From an uncultured cyanobacterium (GTDB lineage Bacteria; Cyanobacteriota; Cyanobacteriia; Cyanobacteriales; CAWUOF01), in NCBI GenBank assembly GCA_963744145.1, contig CAVUSO010000001.1, forward strand, positions 6,784,001-6,848,000: DNA of 64,000 bases. The letters run 5' to 3'. A program made the position numbers and the translations under genes. Below are positions 22,080 through 33,400 of this stretch, one piece after another. Below the pieces are notes generated by a model, which saw only the letters and a program-made list of their open reading frames with translations, was not told where the DNA came from and made no database searches. The first letter of the stretch is position 1. Every line of letters starts with the position of its first letter.

Positions 22080-23060
22080 CTACCTGATAGAATTTTCAGC
22101 TAAAAAAACAGCCACTTCATCCCCTGTTGGTTGGGAAGCGATCGCCCCTGGTTTGGTACTGGTCAAAGCAGCAACTGCACTAGCGTAAGTGATTATATTC
22201 TTAGCTATTTCTGCCTGATCAAAATTGGCAATTCCCTGTTGACATAATTGATGGATAAATCCAGCCACAAAGCTATCCCCAGCACCAGTAGTATCTACAG
22301 CTTTCACCGCAAAAGCCGGCATTTTTCCTTCTGTTTCTCCTAAACAATAGGCACAACCCCGATCACCTGCGGTCACGATTACCCCTTCCAGATCACCAAC
22401 TCGATGGGCGATCGCCCCGGGATCGGTAGTGCCAAATAACCAATCAGCTTCTGAATCTGAAAGTTTTAAAAAATCTACTTGTTTGAGCAATAGCTGAATT
22501 AACTGGGTTGCCAAGGCTGGAACTGGCCAAAACATCGGTCGCCAATTAACATCTACTAGAATTTTCACATAATGTAGTTGTGCTAAATGAACCGCTTGGG
22601 CGATCGCTGCTTGACTAAGAGGATAAGCCAGTTCTAGAGTGCCGATGACTAGAAAATCAGCCTCTTGAAACAGTTTTACTGGTAGAGTTTGGTGTTGCAA
22701 ATAGGTATCAGCAAATTCAGTCGTGGGAGTATCACCAAAACCAGCAAAAGTGGGCACACCAGTTTCGGAACGTAATACATAAACTTGACGTGTTTTTGCT
22801 TGAGGATGACGCTGTACCCCCGTGCGATCGACACCGAGATCATCCAGCATTTTGATCAGGGTATTACCCGGTTCATCTTCACCTACACAACCAATAAATC
22901 CTGCTGATGTTCCTAACTTCACTAAACCACAAGCCACATTAGCTGGAGCGCCACCAGGATAAGATGTCCATGACTCCACTTCTGCTAACGATCGCCCAAC
23001 TTGATCTGCCAAACGATCAAATAAAATTTCACCAAGACACAATACGCGGGGATAGGGCAT
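22080..23060 (-). CDS. PfkB family carbohydrate kinase (fructokinase-like)
   Basis: PGGAPANVA..L..LG, DVNWRP, VDTTGAGDSF. Confidence 0.92.
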   Translation of the reverse strand: MPYPRVLCLGEILFDRLADQVGRSLAEVESWTSYPGGAPANVACGLVKLGTSAGFIGCVGEDEPGNTLIKMLDDLGVDRTGVQRHPQAKTRQVYVLRSETGVPTFAGFGDTPTTEFADTYLQHQTLPVKLFQEADFLVIGTLELAYPLSQAAIAQAVHLAQLHYVKILVDVNWRPMFWPVPALATQLIQLLLKQVDFLKLSDSEADWLFGTTDPGAIAHRVGDLEGVIVTAGDRGCAYCLGETEGKMPAFAVKAVDTTGAGDSFVAGFIHQLCQQGIANFDQAEIAKNIITYASAVAALTSTKPGAIASQPTGDEVAVFLAENSIR

Positions 23061-23185
23061 AACCGCATTTCCTGATTAAATATGAGGACAAAAAGTTGGG
23101 GGAAATTCACCGATAGTTTGTTGCATTGATGGCTAAGATAGCATTAAAATTCGGATTAGGTAGATATACAGATACAGGAAGGTGT

Positions 23186-23458
23186 ATGACTGTTGGCAAG
23201 TTTCAGAACCCCTCCCTTTCAGACCGAGAATTGCAAGTAATCGAACTGGTGGCGTCTGGATTAACCAACCAGGAAATTGCTGAAAAACTGGAAATTAGCA
23301 AACGCACCGTAGATAACCACATCAGCAATATCCTCACCAAAACGGCAACAGAAAACCGTGTCGCTTTGGTCCGCTGGGCTTTGCAATGGGGTAAGGTATG
23401 TATCGATGATGTCAATTGTTGTCCACTCCCAATTTCCAGCAACGATTTAAATAATTAA
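23186..23458 (+). CDS. pedR: Small LuxR-type redox-responsive regulator PedR
   Basis: LSDRELQVIELVASGLTNQEIA..LEISKRTVDNHISNIL.KT, WGKVCIDDVNCC. Confidence 0.85.
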   Translation: MTVGKFQNPSLSDRELQVIELVASGLTNQEIAEKLEISKRTVDNHISNILTKTATENRVALVRWALQWGKVCIDDVNCCPLPISSNDLNN

Positions 23459-23466
23459 CCTGGATC

Positions 23467-23745
23467 ATGGAAGAGAGAAAAGACCATTACTTGAGATCTG
23501 AAATTGCCTTCCCGACAATGCCCTTAGCGGTATATCGGGAATTAGCGGCAATAATGCGCCAAGTTGAAGGTGTAGAAACGGGACTGCTGCCCCAGCAGTC
23601 TCACTTTTATGATTACAATCAAAGTCAAGTTGGTGGCTTATGGATTCAGCATGATTTAGAGCTGGCTTCGATTCATCGCCAAAGATTAGAGCAAATTTTG
23701 AGTTATTATGGCGATCGCTATGGCCCTTGGCAAAAAATCAATTAA
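23467..23745 (+). CDS. Hypothetical protein, cyanobacterial-type
   Basis: 92-aa ORF between pedR and hisS; PLAVYRELAA..RQVEGV. Confidence 0.65.
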   Translation: MEERKDHYLRSEIAFPTMPLAVYRELAAIMRQVEGVETGLLPQQSHFYDYNQSQVGGLWIQHDLELASIHRQRLEQILSYYGDRYGPWQKIN

Positions 23746-23793
23746 TTGTTCTCCTATCGAACAGTTAATCAGTATGTGATTGGATGTGAGTGA

Positions 23794-25071
23794 ATGGGTA
23801 CAATTAAAGCATTACGAGGAACAAGGGACATCTTGTCCGATGAAGTGGGTTATTGGTTTCGGGTGGAAACCGTAGCTAGAGAAATTCTAGCCAAATCTGC
23901 TTTTAGAGAGATTCGTACTCCCATCTTTGAAGAAACTACTTTATTTGAAAGGGGTATTGGCACAGCGACTGATGTCGTTGGCAAGGAAATGTATACCTTT
24001 AAAAGTAGGGGAGATAAGTATTCTATTACTTTACGTCCAGAAGGAACCGCAGGAGCAGTCAGAGCTTATATTGAAAATGGTTTATATGCTCAAGGTGGTG
24101 TCCAACGGATTTGGTATACGGGTCCGATGTTTCGCTATGAGCGACCCCAAGCAGGAAGACAAAGACAATTTCACCAAATTGGGGTGGAGATTTTAGGGAG
24201 TGCTGATCCTCGAGCTGATGTAGAAGCAATTGCGATCGCGACAGATATTCTTCAGACTCTAGGTTTACGAAATCTCCATTTAGCCATCAATTCTGTCGGA
24301 GTTCCTGCCGATCGTCAACGTTATCGTCAAGCTTTAGTTGATTATTTAACTCCTTACCAGCAGGAATTAGATCCAGATTCTCAAGATCGGTTGATTACTA
24401 ATCCTTTACGGATTTTGGATAGTAAAATTGAACATACTCAGGCAATTACTAAAAATGCACCGATTATTTTAGATTATCTCAGTCCAGATTCTTTACGTCA
24501 CTTTGAACAAGTCCAGCAACTATTAAAAAATTTAGGGATTGCTTATGAGTTAAATCCGCGTCTGGTTCGTGGGTTAGATTACTATACACACACAGCTTTT
24601 GAAATTCAATCTGATGATTTAGGCGCTCAAGCAACTGTTTGTGGTGGTGGTCGTTATGATGGATTAGTCAAGGAATTGGGTGGACCGGAAACTCCAGCTA
24701 TCGGATGGGCGATCGGCTTAGAAAGGTTAATTTTATTGCTGCAAAAATTACAACCAGCACCAACCTCAAAAATTGACTTTTATGTAGTGTCAAAAGGCGA
24801 TCGGGCTGAAGCTCAAGCTTTATTATTAGCTCAACAACTACGTCATTTAGGTTTTCAAGTTGAATTAGACTTAAGTGGAAGTGCTTTTAGTAAGCAATTT
24901 AAACGGGCCGATCGCAGTGGTGCTGGTGCTTGTTTAATTTTAGGTGATACGGAAGCTGAAAGTGAAACCGTTCAATTAAAATGGTTAGCTACCGGAGAAC
25001 AAATGGCGATCGCTCAAGCTGATTTATTCTTAAAAACTGATGAGTTCCGTCATCGGTTAAATTTACGTTAG
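23794..25071 (+). CDS. hisS: Histidine--tRNA ligase
   Basis: RGTRD, LRPEGTA, FRYERPQAGRQRQFHQ, LVRGLDYY, GGGRYDGL. Confidence 0.97.
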   Translation: MGTIKALRGTRDILSDEVGYWFRVETVAREILAKSAFREIRTPIFEETTLFERGIGTATDVVGKEMYTFKSRGDKYSITLRPEGTAGAVRAYIENGLYAQGGVQRIWYTGPMFRYERPQAGRQRQFHQIGVEILGSADPRADVEAIAIATDILQTLGLRNLHLAINSVGVPADRQRYRQALVDYLTPYQQELDPDSQDRLITNPLRILDSKIEHTQAITKNAPIILDYLSPDSLRHFEQVQQLLKNLGIAYELNPRLVRGLDYYTHTAFEIQSDDLGAQATVCGGGRYDGLVKELGGPETPAIGWAIGLERLILLLQKLQPAPTSKIDFYVVSKGDRAEAQALLLAQQLRHLGFQVELDLSGSAFSKQFKRADRSGAGACLILGDTEAESETVQLKWLATGEQMAIAQADLFLKTDEFRHRLNLR

Positions 25072-25074
25072 TTT

Positions 25075-25193
25075 GAGTCTGATCTGTTAGATCGGGGCAG
25101 TTTTATGATGGTGATCTGTGATTGACAAAATTGATCGGTAAACCTGCCCCCACAGATCAATCTGATATTGAATATATCTTCATTGTGAATTGG
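25075..25193. repeat. REP/MITE-like element, copy 2 (inverted), overlapping the stop of the next gene
   Basis: Reverse complement matches 6938-6990 and 7073-7150. Confidence 0.65.
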
Positions 25194-26514
25194 GCTGAGA
25201 ATCTGATTGATTTAAACGACGCTCCCATTCAGCATCAATTTTATCTGCTTGCTCTATTTCTTGCTGAACGACATCTTTTTCTGTAGTATAAGCAAGGTCA
25301 TTAGTACCAATTACCTTTTCGGCTGCAAATTGACGAGCATAATCAATTTTCTGCTGCAATTGAGGACTTAACTTGTTTAAATTATCTGCTCGTTTTAAGC
25401 GATCGAGATTACGTTTTTCAATTCGGCTATTTTGGAAATTAATCCAGAAATAACGAATTAAAGGTACTGTTAAAAAAGCAATTCCATAACCTAGTAAAAG
25501 CCAGAAAATTGACTGAACAAAAGCAACTAAACCACCTAATTTTGCGGCGGTTCCACCTAATAATAGATGACGGAGAATAAAAGCACCAATAATATTTAGT
25601 GTACCCAATCCCCCAGCGAGAAATAGCTGACCAGAATTAGCTTCACTAAAACGCCACAATTTTTCCCGGAGATAAGCAGAAACAGATTGAGGATTTTGCT
25701 GATTGGCTGTGCTTTGTAAATCGGGAAAATGATAAACTATTTGTCCATCAGGACTGACTTCAGGACGACCATTAAAACGAGTCAGTGCAGGTAACATATA
25801 TTCTTCATATTCTTGAGTATATCCCTGACCGACCTCATCCAGATAAGGACTAATTTGTTCAGCAACTACAGCACCTTGATGATTCCGAATTACCGTCGCG
25901 ATCGCTTGCCAACGACGTTCTTCTAAATTAGCATTAGGATTACCATCGCCAAACAGGAAGGAAAAAACTGCTTCCAGGAAATTCATCTGATTTTCTTTGG
26001 AAGTAGCAACTGATTGACGACGTTCAGATCTAGGTCGGTCATAGTCCCAGTATAAAAACCAAAACCAATCTGAACCAAACCAGTGATAGGGTATAAATAC
26101 CACCCCACTACTGTTAGAACTCCTGCTACTATTATTATCGTTATCTCGACCAGAATTGCTAGCCGTGAGAATAATAAAAATACTGACAAAAATTAGCACA
26201 ATCGAAACCAGTAGCAAAATGCCAAAGGAAATCCGAATTAGATAAAATAAGACTCTCCAAACCTTTTCCCACCATTCCTGTAGTTGCAACCAGAAGAACT
26301 TATTACGCAGAATTGAGCGAAAATCTTGGGGAAAGAGGTAGACAATCTCACCAGACTCTGCTACCTGTAAGTGACCACCAGCATCAGCAGCGAGAACTAG
26401 TAGTCCTTTTTCCGCTAGACTGATATTCAATCCAGCCTTAGTAGATACATCTCCGACCGTAACACGGTAGCCTAATTGCTCGACCGCTTGCATAATGCTA
26501 GGATCTAATTCCAT
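25180..26514 (-). CDS. Conserved cyanobacterial/plastid-type membrane protein of unknown function
   Basis: VTVGDV, L.V...G.I.Y.FP, FSFLFGDG.PN..LEERRW, F.G.PEV...G.I.Y.FP. Confidence 0.75.
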   Translation of the reverse strand: MELDPSIMQAVEQLGYRVTVGDVSTKAGLNISLAEKGLLVLAADAGGHLQVAESGEIVYLFPQDFRSILRNKFFWLQLQEWWEKVWRVLFYLIRISFGILLLVSIVLIFVSIFIILTASNSGRDNDNNSSRSSNSSGVVFIPYHWFGSDWFWFLYWDYDRPRSERRQSVATSKENQMNFLEAVFSFLFGDGNPNANLEERRWQAIATVIRNHQGAVVAEQISPYLDEVGQGYTQEYEEYMLPALTRFNGRPEVSPDGQIVYHFPDLQSTANQQNPQSVSAYLREKLWRFSEANSGQLFLAGGLGTLNIIGAFILRHLLLGGTAAKLGGLVAFVQSIFWLLLGYGIAFLTVPLIRYFWINFQNSRIEKRNLDRLKRADNLNKLSPQLQQKIDYARQFAAEKVIGTNDLAYTTEKDVVQQEIEQADKIDAEWERRLNQSDSQPNSQ

Positions 26515-26573
26515 GTCTTTTCCTTATCCCAAGACTCTGTTGCCATCTTTACTTTAATCAATTTTAGGTCGAT

Positions 26574-26926
26574 ACAGCCTATTCCAGGTTTATGAAGTTC
26601 ATCAAGGTGATCTGTGGGGCAGGGCGGGTTCATTAAGGTTATTTGTGTGTGGCAAGTTCATCTGTGAACCCGCCCCTACAGGGATTCACCAAAAAATCGA
26701 TCAGGATTAGAGGATGACAAGATTAACAGGATTTGTAGGGGCAGGTGAATGAATTTATGATCACAATCAACCAGGATTTGTAGGGGCAGGTTCACCAATC
26801 AATTCTGCTCCAAACAGATAACTATCATAAACCTGCCCAATCAACACAGATCACTCACCAGCGACTTTAACTGATCGCTATTCATGCCAAATCTTACTGT
26901 ACTTCATCAGCCACCGAATCCGCTGT
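26574..26926. mobile_element. MITE-like element with imperfect TIRs enclosing several REP-like hairpins (copy 3)
   Basis: Left ACAGCCTATTCCAGGTTTATGAAGTTCA vs right (rc) ACAGCGGATTCGGTGGCTGATGAAGTACA; internal CAGGATTTGTAGGGGCAGGT occurs twice. Confidence 0.62.
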
Positions 26927-27070
26927 CAGGAATCTCTCAAAGATTGTGCTGATGCTGCTGGACATTCAGGCTGAGATGAGAGAGCTGCGGCGATCGCATA
27001 TACATATAATGTACAATAGGTAGATAATATTTTATAGTTCAAACAGAATTAAGATAATTTTTCAGCCCAG

Positions 27071-28345
27071 ATGATGCAACTTTACTCTCTTAGACAGAAA
27101 GCGATCGGCTTAATCCAACGTAATCCTTTAAATCTATCTCATTCGGTATTAATTTGGGTTATAGTTGGCACGGTAAGTGGTATTTTCGCCGGATTATACT
27201 GGAATTTATTAGAGTTAATTACCGCTCAATTAAAATATTTTCAGGGTGGATATGTACTATTTTTAATGCCTTTGGCTGGTTTATTAATTGGCTTGATTAT
27301 TCTTTGGTTTGGTAATCCTGGTGAAATTGGTACGATTGTCAATAACATTCATTTTCGTGGAGGACGTTTAGATCTTCATCAGAATCCTGCGATGATTCTT
27401 TCTTCTTTAGTCAGTATATCTGTTGGCGGTAGTGCTGGACCAGAAGCACCTTTAGTCCAAGTGACAGGTTCTTTTGGTACTTGGGTGGCTGATCGATTGC
27501 ACCTCAAGGGTGAAGATGTCAGATCAATGAGTTTAGCTGCAATGGCTGCGGGTTTTACTGCTTTATTCGGTTCTCCTCTGGGGGGTGCGATGTTTGCTTT
27601 GGAAATTTTGCACCATGAGCATATTATCGAATATTATGAGGCATTAATGCCTGCTTTAGTTTCTAGTTGTGCTAGCTATTTAGTCTTTGCAACTATTACC
27701 CATTTAGGAATTGCTCCAACTTGGAATTTTCCTACTTATAATTTAAGTAATAATATTGATGATTATATTTTAGCCATATTATTTGGCATAATTGGTGCGA
27801 TCGCTAGTTGGATTTTTATGATGATTTTTCAATTTTGTCATCGGTTTTTTACGCAACTTAATCAACCAATTTATGTCAAAACAACTCTGGCTGGTTTTGG
27901 ATTAAGTATCCTCACTATCTTTGAGCCATTAACGCGTTATTTTGGACATGAAGAATTAAATGAAATTGTGCAGGGAGAATTGACGACTATAATCCTAATA
28001 GCGATCGTAATTACTAAAATGGTAGCAATTAGTATTACTGTCACAGGTGGCTGGCGTGGTGGATTTATTATTCCGCTCTTTTTCACTGGTGCTTGTTTAG
28101 GTAAAGCGATCGTGATATTGCTCCCAGGAATTAATCCTGCTTTGGCGATGATTTGTACTATGGCTGCGCTTAATGCTGGAGTTACTCGGACTCCAGTTAG
28201 TACGACTCTATTATTGACAAAACTTACTAATGTCAGTCCTTTTACGCCAATTTTATTTGCTAGTTTAATCGGGTTTTTCTTATCGCCAAAAATACCTTTA
28301 ATTGCTTCCCAACTAAAATCTCATCCCCACCGTATTTCTGACTAA
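27071..28345 (+). CDS. ClC family chloride channel/transporter
   Basis: GGSAGPEAP, F.SPLGG..FALE, GG.RGGFIIPLF..GA. Confidence 0.9.
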   Translation: MMQLYSLRQKAIGLIQRNPLNLSHSVLIWVIVGTVSGIFAGLYWNLLELITAQLKYFQGGYVLFLMPLAGLLIGLIILWFGNPGEIGTIVNNIHFRGGRLDLHQNPAMILSSLVSISVGGSAGPEAPLVQVTGSFGTWVADRLHLKGEDVRSMSLAAMAAGFTALFGSPLGGAMFALEILHHEHIIEYYEALMPALVSSCASYLVFATITHLGIAPTWNFPTYNLSNNIDDYILAILFGIIGAIASWIFMMIFQFCHRFFTQLNQPIYVKTTLAGFGLSILTIFEPLTRYFGHEELNEIVQGELTTIILIAIVITKMVAISITVTGGWRGGFIIPLFFTGACLGKAIVILLPGINPALAMICTMAALNAGVTRTPVSTTLLLTKLTNVSPFTPILFASLIGFFLSPKIPLIASQLKSHPHRISD

Positions 28346-28547
28346 GCCCACCAAATGCCCATATAAATTTTTGTAACTAAAATCCTATTATTTTCTAATT
28401 TGAAATTGGCTAAGTGTTACTAAACATTGATCTAGTATGGTTTTTGGACTTGAGCCAGATCTGGAAAATTCAGTAAAATTACTGACTTATAGGTATTTAT
28501 ACTCTTTGCAAAACATGGAATAATATGATGTATTAGATCTAAAGCAA

Positions 28548-28778
28548 GTGGAGAAAACCGTGATGACCAGTTTTAGCTTTTCTAAGTATGAACGACCTAC
28601 ATACATTTCTCTGATGGAAGTATTTAGTAATGTGTTTCGGAATGGTTTGATCACTTCTGAAGATCGAATTAAATTAAAAGAAACACTTTTGGAAGAGTCG
28701 GTTACTAAAGAAGATTTATTGATTGTGAATCGCTTGATCTATGCGGTACGTCGCAAAATGCTAAAACTGGGAAGTTAA
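28548..28778 (+). CDS. Small hypothetical protein
   Basis: 76-aa ORF ending I.RL.YAVRR, resembling small cyanobacterial proteins. Confidence 0.55.
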   Translation: MEKTVMTSFSFSKYERPTYISLMEVFSNVFRNGLITSEDRIKLKETLLEESVTKEDLLIVNRLIYAVRRKMLKLGS

Positions 28779-28849
28779 TTTTTTACCAATGGCGAAGCAT
28801 TCCCCGGGAAAATGGATGATATAATGGAAAGTCATATTTGGAGAATGCT

Positions 28850-29305
28850 TCATCGAGTTCCCGCGACAATACCAAAATTTCCCAAATCTAACGGCTCTAA
28901 ATTCCAACCTAAGCCAATAGCGATCTGAGCCGCAAGTGACGCTGGAGCAAGAGGATTGACAACGACTGTAATTACTTGATATTTTTGCAAGTAATTAGGT
29001 TGCAGTTCTACCCATTTCCCTCGAAAAATTAGCAGCACAACAGGAATTAATTTAGTGAGAGGTTGTATTCTGAGTTGTTTAAGAAATATCAATCCATCGA
29101 TTTTACGGATGGAGTCATCTAAGATAATTGCATCTGGCTGCTCGATTTTAGCTTCCTGTAAACCAGCGAAAATCGAATTAGCAACTTGAACATCCCAACC
29201 AGCTAAATCAGTTAAACATGCTTTGACTACCTCCTGCATATTTTGTTCTTGATGAATCAGTAAAATTTTTTTCGCTCTAACTTCCATTAATGATAGTGCA
29301 TTCAT
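28850..29305 (-). CDS. Stand-alone, atypical receiver-domain protein (start uncertain)
   Basis: KILLIHQE (no acidic pair), PDAIILD, DG..F...LR..P.T..IPV. Confidence 0.7.
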   Translation of the reverse strand: MNALSLMEVRAKKILLIHQEQNMQEVVKACLTDLAGWDVQVANSIFAGLQEAKIEQPDAIILDDSIRKIDGLIFLKQLRIQPLTKLIPVVLLIFRGKWVELQPNYLQKYQVITVVVNPLAPASLAAQIAIGLGWNLEPLDLGNFGIVAGTR

Positions 29306-29511
29306 TTTCTTAGTGTTTGACAATAAATTTCTTACCAATTTATTCCAATTCTCGCTCAAGATGCCAAAAATAAAGCTTTGGGAAATTAATCCCATTCATT
29401 GAGAATTAAATCATCACAAGTCAAAGCAAGAATTAAGTTAGTGCAAGTATATTCCTAATTCTGGTTGGCTTTGTTGATGCAAATCCTCTCTGATTGACAC
29501 TGAGATTATTG

Positions 29512-29970
29512 TTAAATACACATTTTTGAGGATGGACGCGAATTGGCTGGTGGGACTTCAATCCAAACTTTAGGTAGTTGAGTTTTTAAAAGTTTAGCAA
29601 GCTGAATGATCACTCCATCAACATGGATCTGAGCTGAACAGGTTTCTGGTTGGACTGGTTGTGGTAAAGGAATCAGATTGGCAAATCCACTCGGACGAAA
29701 ATAACCTGGTACAATTATTGCGTCTGTTGGTTGACCTTGAACCAGAACAGTTTCTGGTGTGATTTGGAGTTCTAGCTTCAACTGGTGAATATCAGAAATA
29801 TAAAGTTTCAAGATCAGTGTTGTCTTGGTTTCGTGAGTCGTAATGGCTGTAATTGGTGTTTCTTCTCTATTCCCAATCCAAAGTGTCGATTTCTGACCAG
29901 GGTCGGACCAACGAGAAAATGACTTCTCAAGATTCTCACTCACATTATTTGATCCCTGAAAATCATTCAT
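29512..29970 (-). CDS. Hsp20/alpha-crystallin-like protein
   Basis: ET...LIL, F...IPLP..V.P....A....GV..I.L.K. Confidence 0.6.
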   Translation of the reverse strand: MNDFQGSNNVSENLEKSFSRWSDPGQKSTLWIGNREETPITAITTHETKTTLILKLYISDIHQLKLELQITPETVLVQGQPTDAIIVPGYFRPSGFANLIPLPQPVQPETCSAQIHVDGVIIQLAKLLKTQLPKVWIEVPPANSRPSSKMCI

Positions 29971-30090
29971 TTATTCTCCTCCGATTCCAAGATCCTAATA
30001 TCTGCATACCGTGAAGATAAATAACAACCGTAAGGAATTGGTAAAGATCGAATTTTCGTTACAAAACTTTACCAAAATCAAAGAATTAAT

Positions 30091-30469
30091 TCAACCCCAT
30101 CCTAAAATCTCTGCTACTTCCTCCATCAAGGTTGTGGGTTCAATTGGTTTGGAAATTACTCCTGTCACACCCATTTGGGCAAATTTAGCCCGATCGCTCG
30201 GTAAAACTTTTGCTGTCAACAGAATTACTGGTATAGATCGGGTAAGAAGATTGGACTGAAGTTGCTCGTATAATTTAATCCCATCCATTCCCGGACATGG
30301 ATACATCGAGTAAAATAGCATGAGGGTGTTCAGTTTTTAACATTTCTAAACATTCTTCTCCTGAAGCTACCCCAAATGTTTCCCATCCTCCTAAATCTTC
30401 TAAGCATAATTGCACCAATTCTCGGAGGTGTTCTTCATCGTCAACTACTAGAATGGTTCTCTCTGTCAT
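30091..30469 (-). pseudogene. CheY-like response regulator, frameshifted by one extra base at 30295
   Basis: ILVVDDE...ILLDVSM joined to PGMDG...ILLTAK...KP; ATG T CCG GGA ATG. Confidence 0.82.
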
Positions 30470-33400
30470 ACACAATCACTTCCGATGGTAAAGGTAGGGT
30501 AAAGAAAAAAGTGCTTCCTTCACCTAATATACTCTCAACCCAAATTTTGCCACCATGTTGCTCAATTATACTCTGACAAATTGCTAATCCTAATCCAGTG
30601 CCCCCTTTTTCACGAGAATCAGAAATATCGACTTGCTGAAATCGTCCAAAAATCAGTTCTAGCTTATCCTGGGGAATTCCTCGTCCCCGATCGCTGACTT
30701 GGAATAACACATAGTCAGTCTGTTTTTGGGCACTTATACAAATAGTCGAGTAATCTGGGGAAAATTTAATCGCGTTACTCAGTAAATTGATCAAGATTTG
30801 GATAATCCCATCTCCGATCGCCCAAACTTCCACATCAGTAGGAGTAATCACTAGGTCGATCTGGTGTTGAGTCGCGATCGCTTGGATTCCATTTACTGCT
30901 TGCTGAATTAAATCTACTGCTTTACAGATGGTTTTGTCAATCATCGCGCGTCCAGACTCGAGCCGTTCTAAATCTAAAATATCATTCACCAAATTTACCA
31001 AACGATTAGTATCGAGGAAGGCAATTTCAATCAGTCGGCGAAATTTTTCTGATTTTTGAGCATAAATTCCTGTATTTAATAATCCCAGCGACATTTGAAT
31101 TGCTGTCAAAGGAGTCCGAATTTCATGACTAACAATACTAATAAATTCATCCTTAATTTTTTGAATTTTTTGGCGTTCGGTAATATCTTCACCAATGCTA
31201 ATAGTACCAATAATGTTTCCCATTGAATCTTGCAGTCTAGTATTATTCCAAGCAATGAATATTTCCTCACCTGATTTCTTTAAAATTGGATTCTCATCAT
31301 AATTATTGCTGTTATTCAAAACTTCCAAGAAAGTTTCTGTACTTGATTTTTGATGAGAAGAAGGTATGAATTTTTCAAACCAATTCTTACCGATAACTTC
31401 GTCGTTAGTATAACCCGTGATCCTTAAGAAAAAGGGATTAATGTAGTTGATATTTCCCCATTGATCTAGTCCAACAACAATTAAATGCACATGATCCAAT
31501 AGCGATCGCCAACGTCGTTCCGCTTCGCGAATAATCGCTGTAGATTGCTCACGTTCTTGCAATTCTATCTGGAGTTGGTTATAGAGTTCAGCTTGGTAAA
31601 TAGCGATCGACAACTGACTAGTAATTTGTTTAATTAATTCCACTTCCCAGGATTGCCATTGACGAGCTGTAGTATTTTCGTAAATACCTAGTAAACCCCA
31701 AAGATTTTCTCCGGAAAATATGGAAAAAACCACATAACTTTTGACTTGAAATTGTGCCAATAATTCGATATGACAGGGTTGAAGATTTGCCTGGTAAATA
31801 TCATTAACCACAAAAATTTCATTAGTACGAAAACGACCTCCTTGAGTTTCTTGGAGATAGGTATCGTTCCAAACTTTTGGCAGATCAGACTCTACCAATT
31901 TGAGCCAACCATTACCAACAGACTCGACGACAAAATCACTACTCCAGTCAAGATTAAAGCGGTAAATAGCAACTCGATCAGTTTCTAAGATCTGTCTAAT
32001 TTCGGTAACAATAGTATTCAAAATAAGATTTAGGTCTAAAGATTGATGAATCGCTTGAGTAATATTCCACAGCAACTGTTCCTGTCTGTGTTTATTTTGT
32101 AAAATTGCTTCTGTCTGTTTGAGATCGCTAATATCATTATTAATCTCTAGGATCTTAATCACCTTACCCATCTGATCTTTTTCTACTACCCAACGACTAA
32201 ATACATTAATCTGATGCTCCTTCCGACTGAAGTGAATTAGTTCTCCTTCCCAATAACCTTGAGCAAATAATTCTGCTTCAATTTCTGCTAACGGTTGAGG
32301 AAATTGGGTTTTTAACAACCGATGAATTTTTTGACCTAATGCTTCCGCTTTCGTCCAACCATAGAGCGACTCAGCTCCCTGATTCCAAAAGGTGATCATT
32401 GAGTTTAAATCCCAGGTAATAATACTGTCATGGGCTAAATCTAGGAATTTTGCTTGTTCCTCTATTTGTTGATAGGCTTGTTCTTTTTCTGATAAAGTAG
32501 CTGATAGGCAATAGTTGACTTCGGTCAGTTGGGCAGTTCTTTCTATTACCCGTTGCTCGAGTTCGGTATTAAGTTCTTGTAGAGCTATTTGTACTTGTTT
32601 GCGTTCCTGCAATTCTGTTTGGAGTTGTTGCACCAGTTCGGCTTTTTCGATCGCAATTCCGGTTTGAAGTGCGATCTGTTCTAACAATTCAATTTCTGCC
32701 GATTGCCACTGACGGGGAGCCGTACAATGATGAGCTACCAATAATCCCCACAATTCATCTTTTTTGATCAGGGGAACTACTAAATTTGCTCGGACTTGCA
32801 AACTTGCTAGAAATTCCCGATGACAAGGGCTAATTTGTGCATCATAGATATCAGATTTTGCTGTAATTAAACCTTGTTTGAATGCTTGAACGTATTCTTT
32901 ACCAATACAAGTATCATAGAGCTGAAGTGGGAAAATAGCTAGACGATCATCAGCTACGGACTCGACTAGCACTGTTCCACCCCAACTAGGTAAAAATTTA
33001 AAGATAATGACCCGATCGCACTCAAGAATATTTCTGACTTGATTGACCGTAGTCTTGAGAATATCTTCTAATTTGATTGATTCCCGAATCGCTAGTGCAG
33101 TTTGAGCAATGAGTTGCTGTTGCTGCTGTTGCCATTCCCGTTCACGAATGAGTTGATTGTAGTGTAGGATATATTTAATAGAGTGATGCAAAATTTGAGG
33201 GGTAATTTTACTTTTGTCTAAATAATCTTGAGCACCACTTTTAATTAAATCAACGGCAATTTCAGTATTTCCTTGACTTGTCAGTATAATCACTGGAAGG
33301 TGTTCTCTTCCTGTCTGTTGCCGAAGTTGCTCTAAAAACTTTAACCCATCTAGATCGGGTAAAAAATAATCGAGGAGAAAAATATCTGGTAATTGTTGCT

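Noticed and set aside
28792..28852. GAAGCATTC...GAATGCTTC inverted repeat as an ncRNA
   Set aside because: Looks like a degenerate REP-type doublet or terminator between convergent genes
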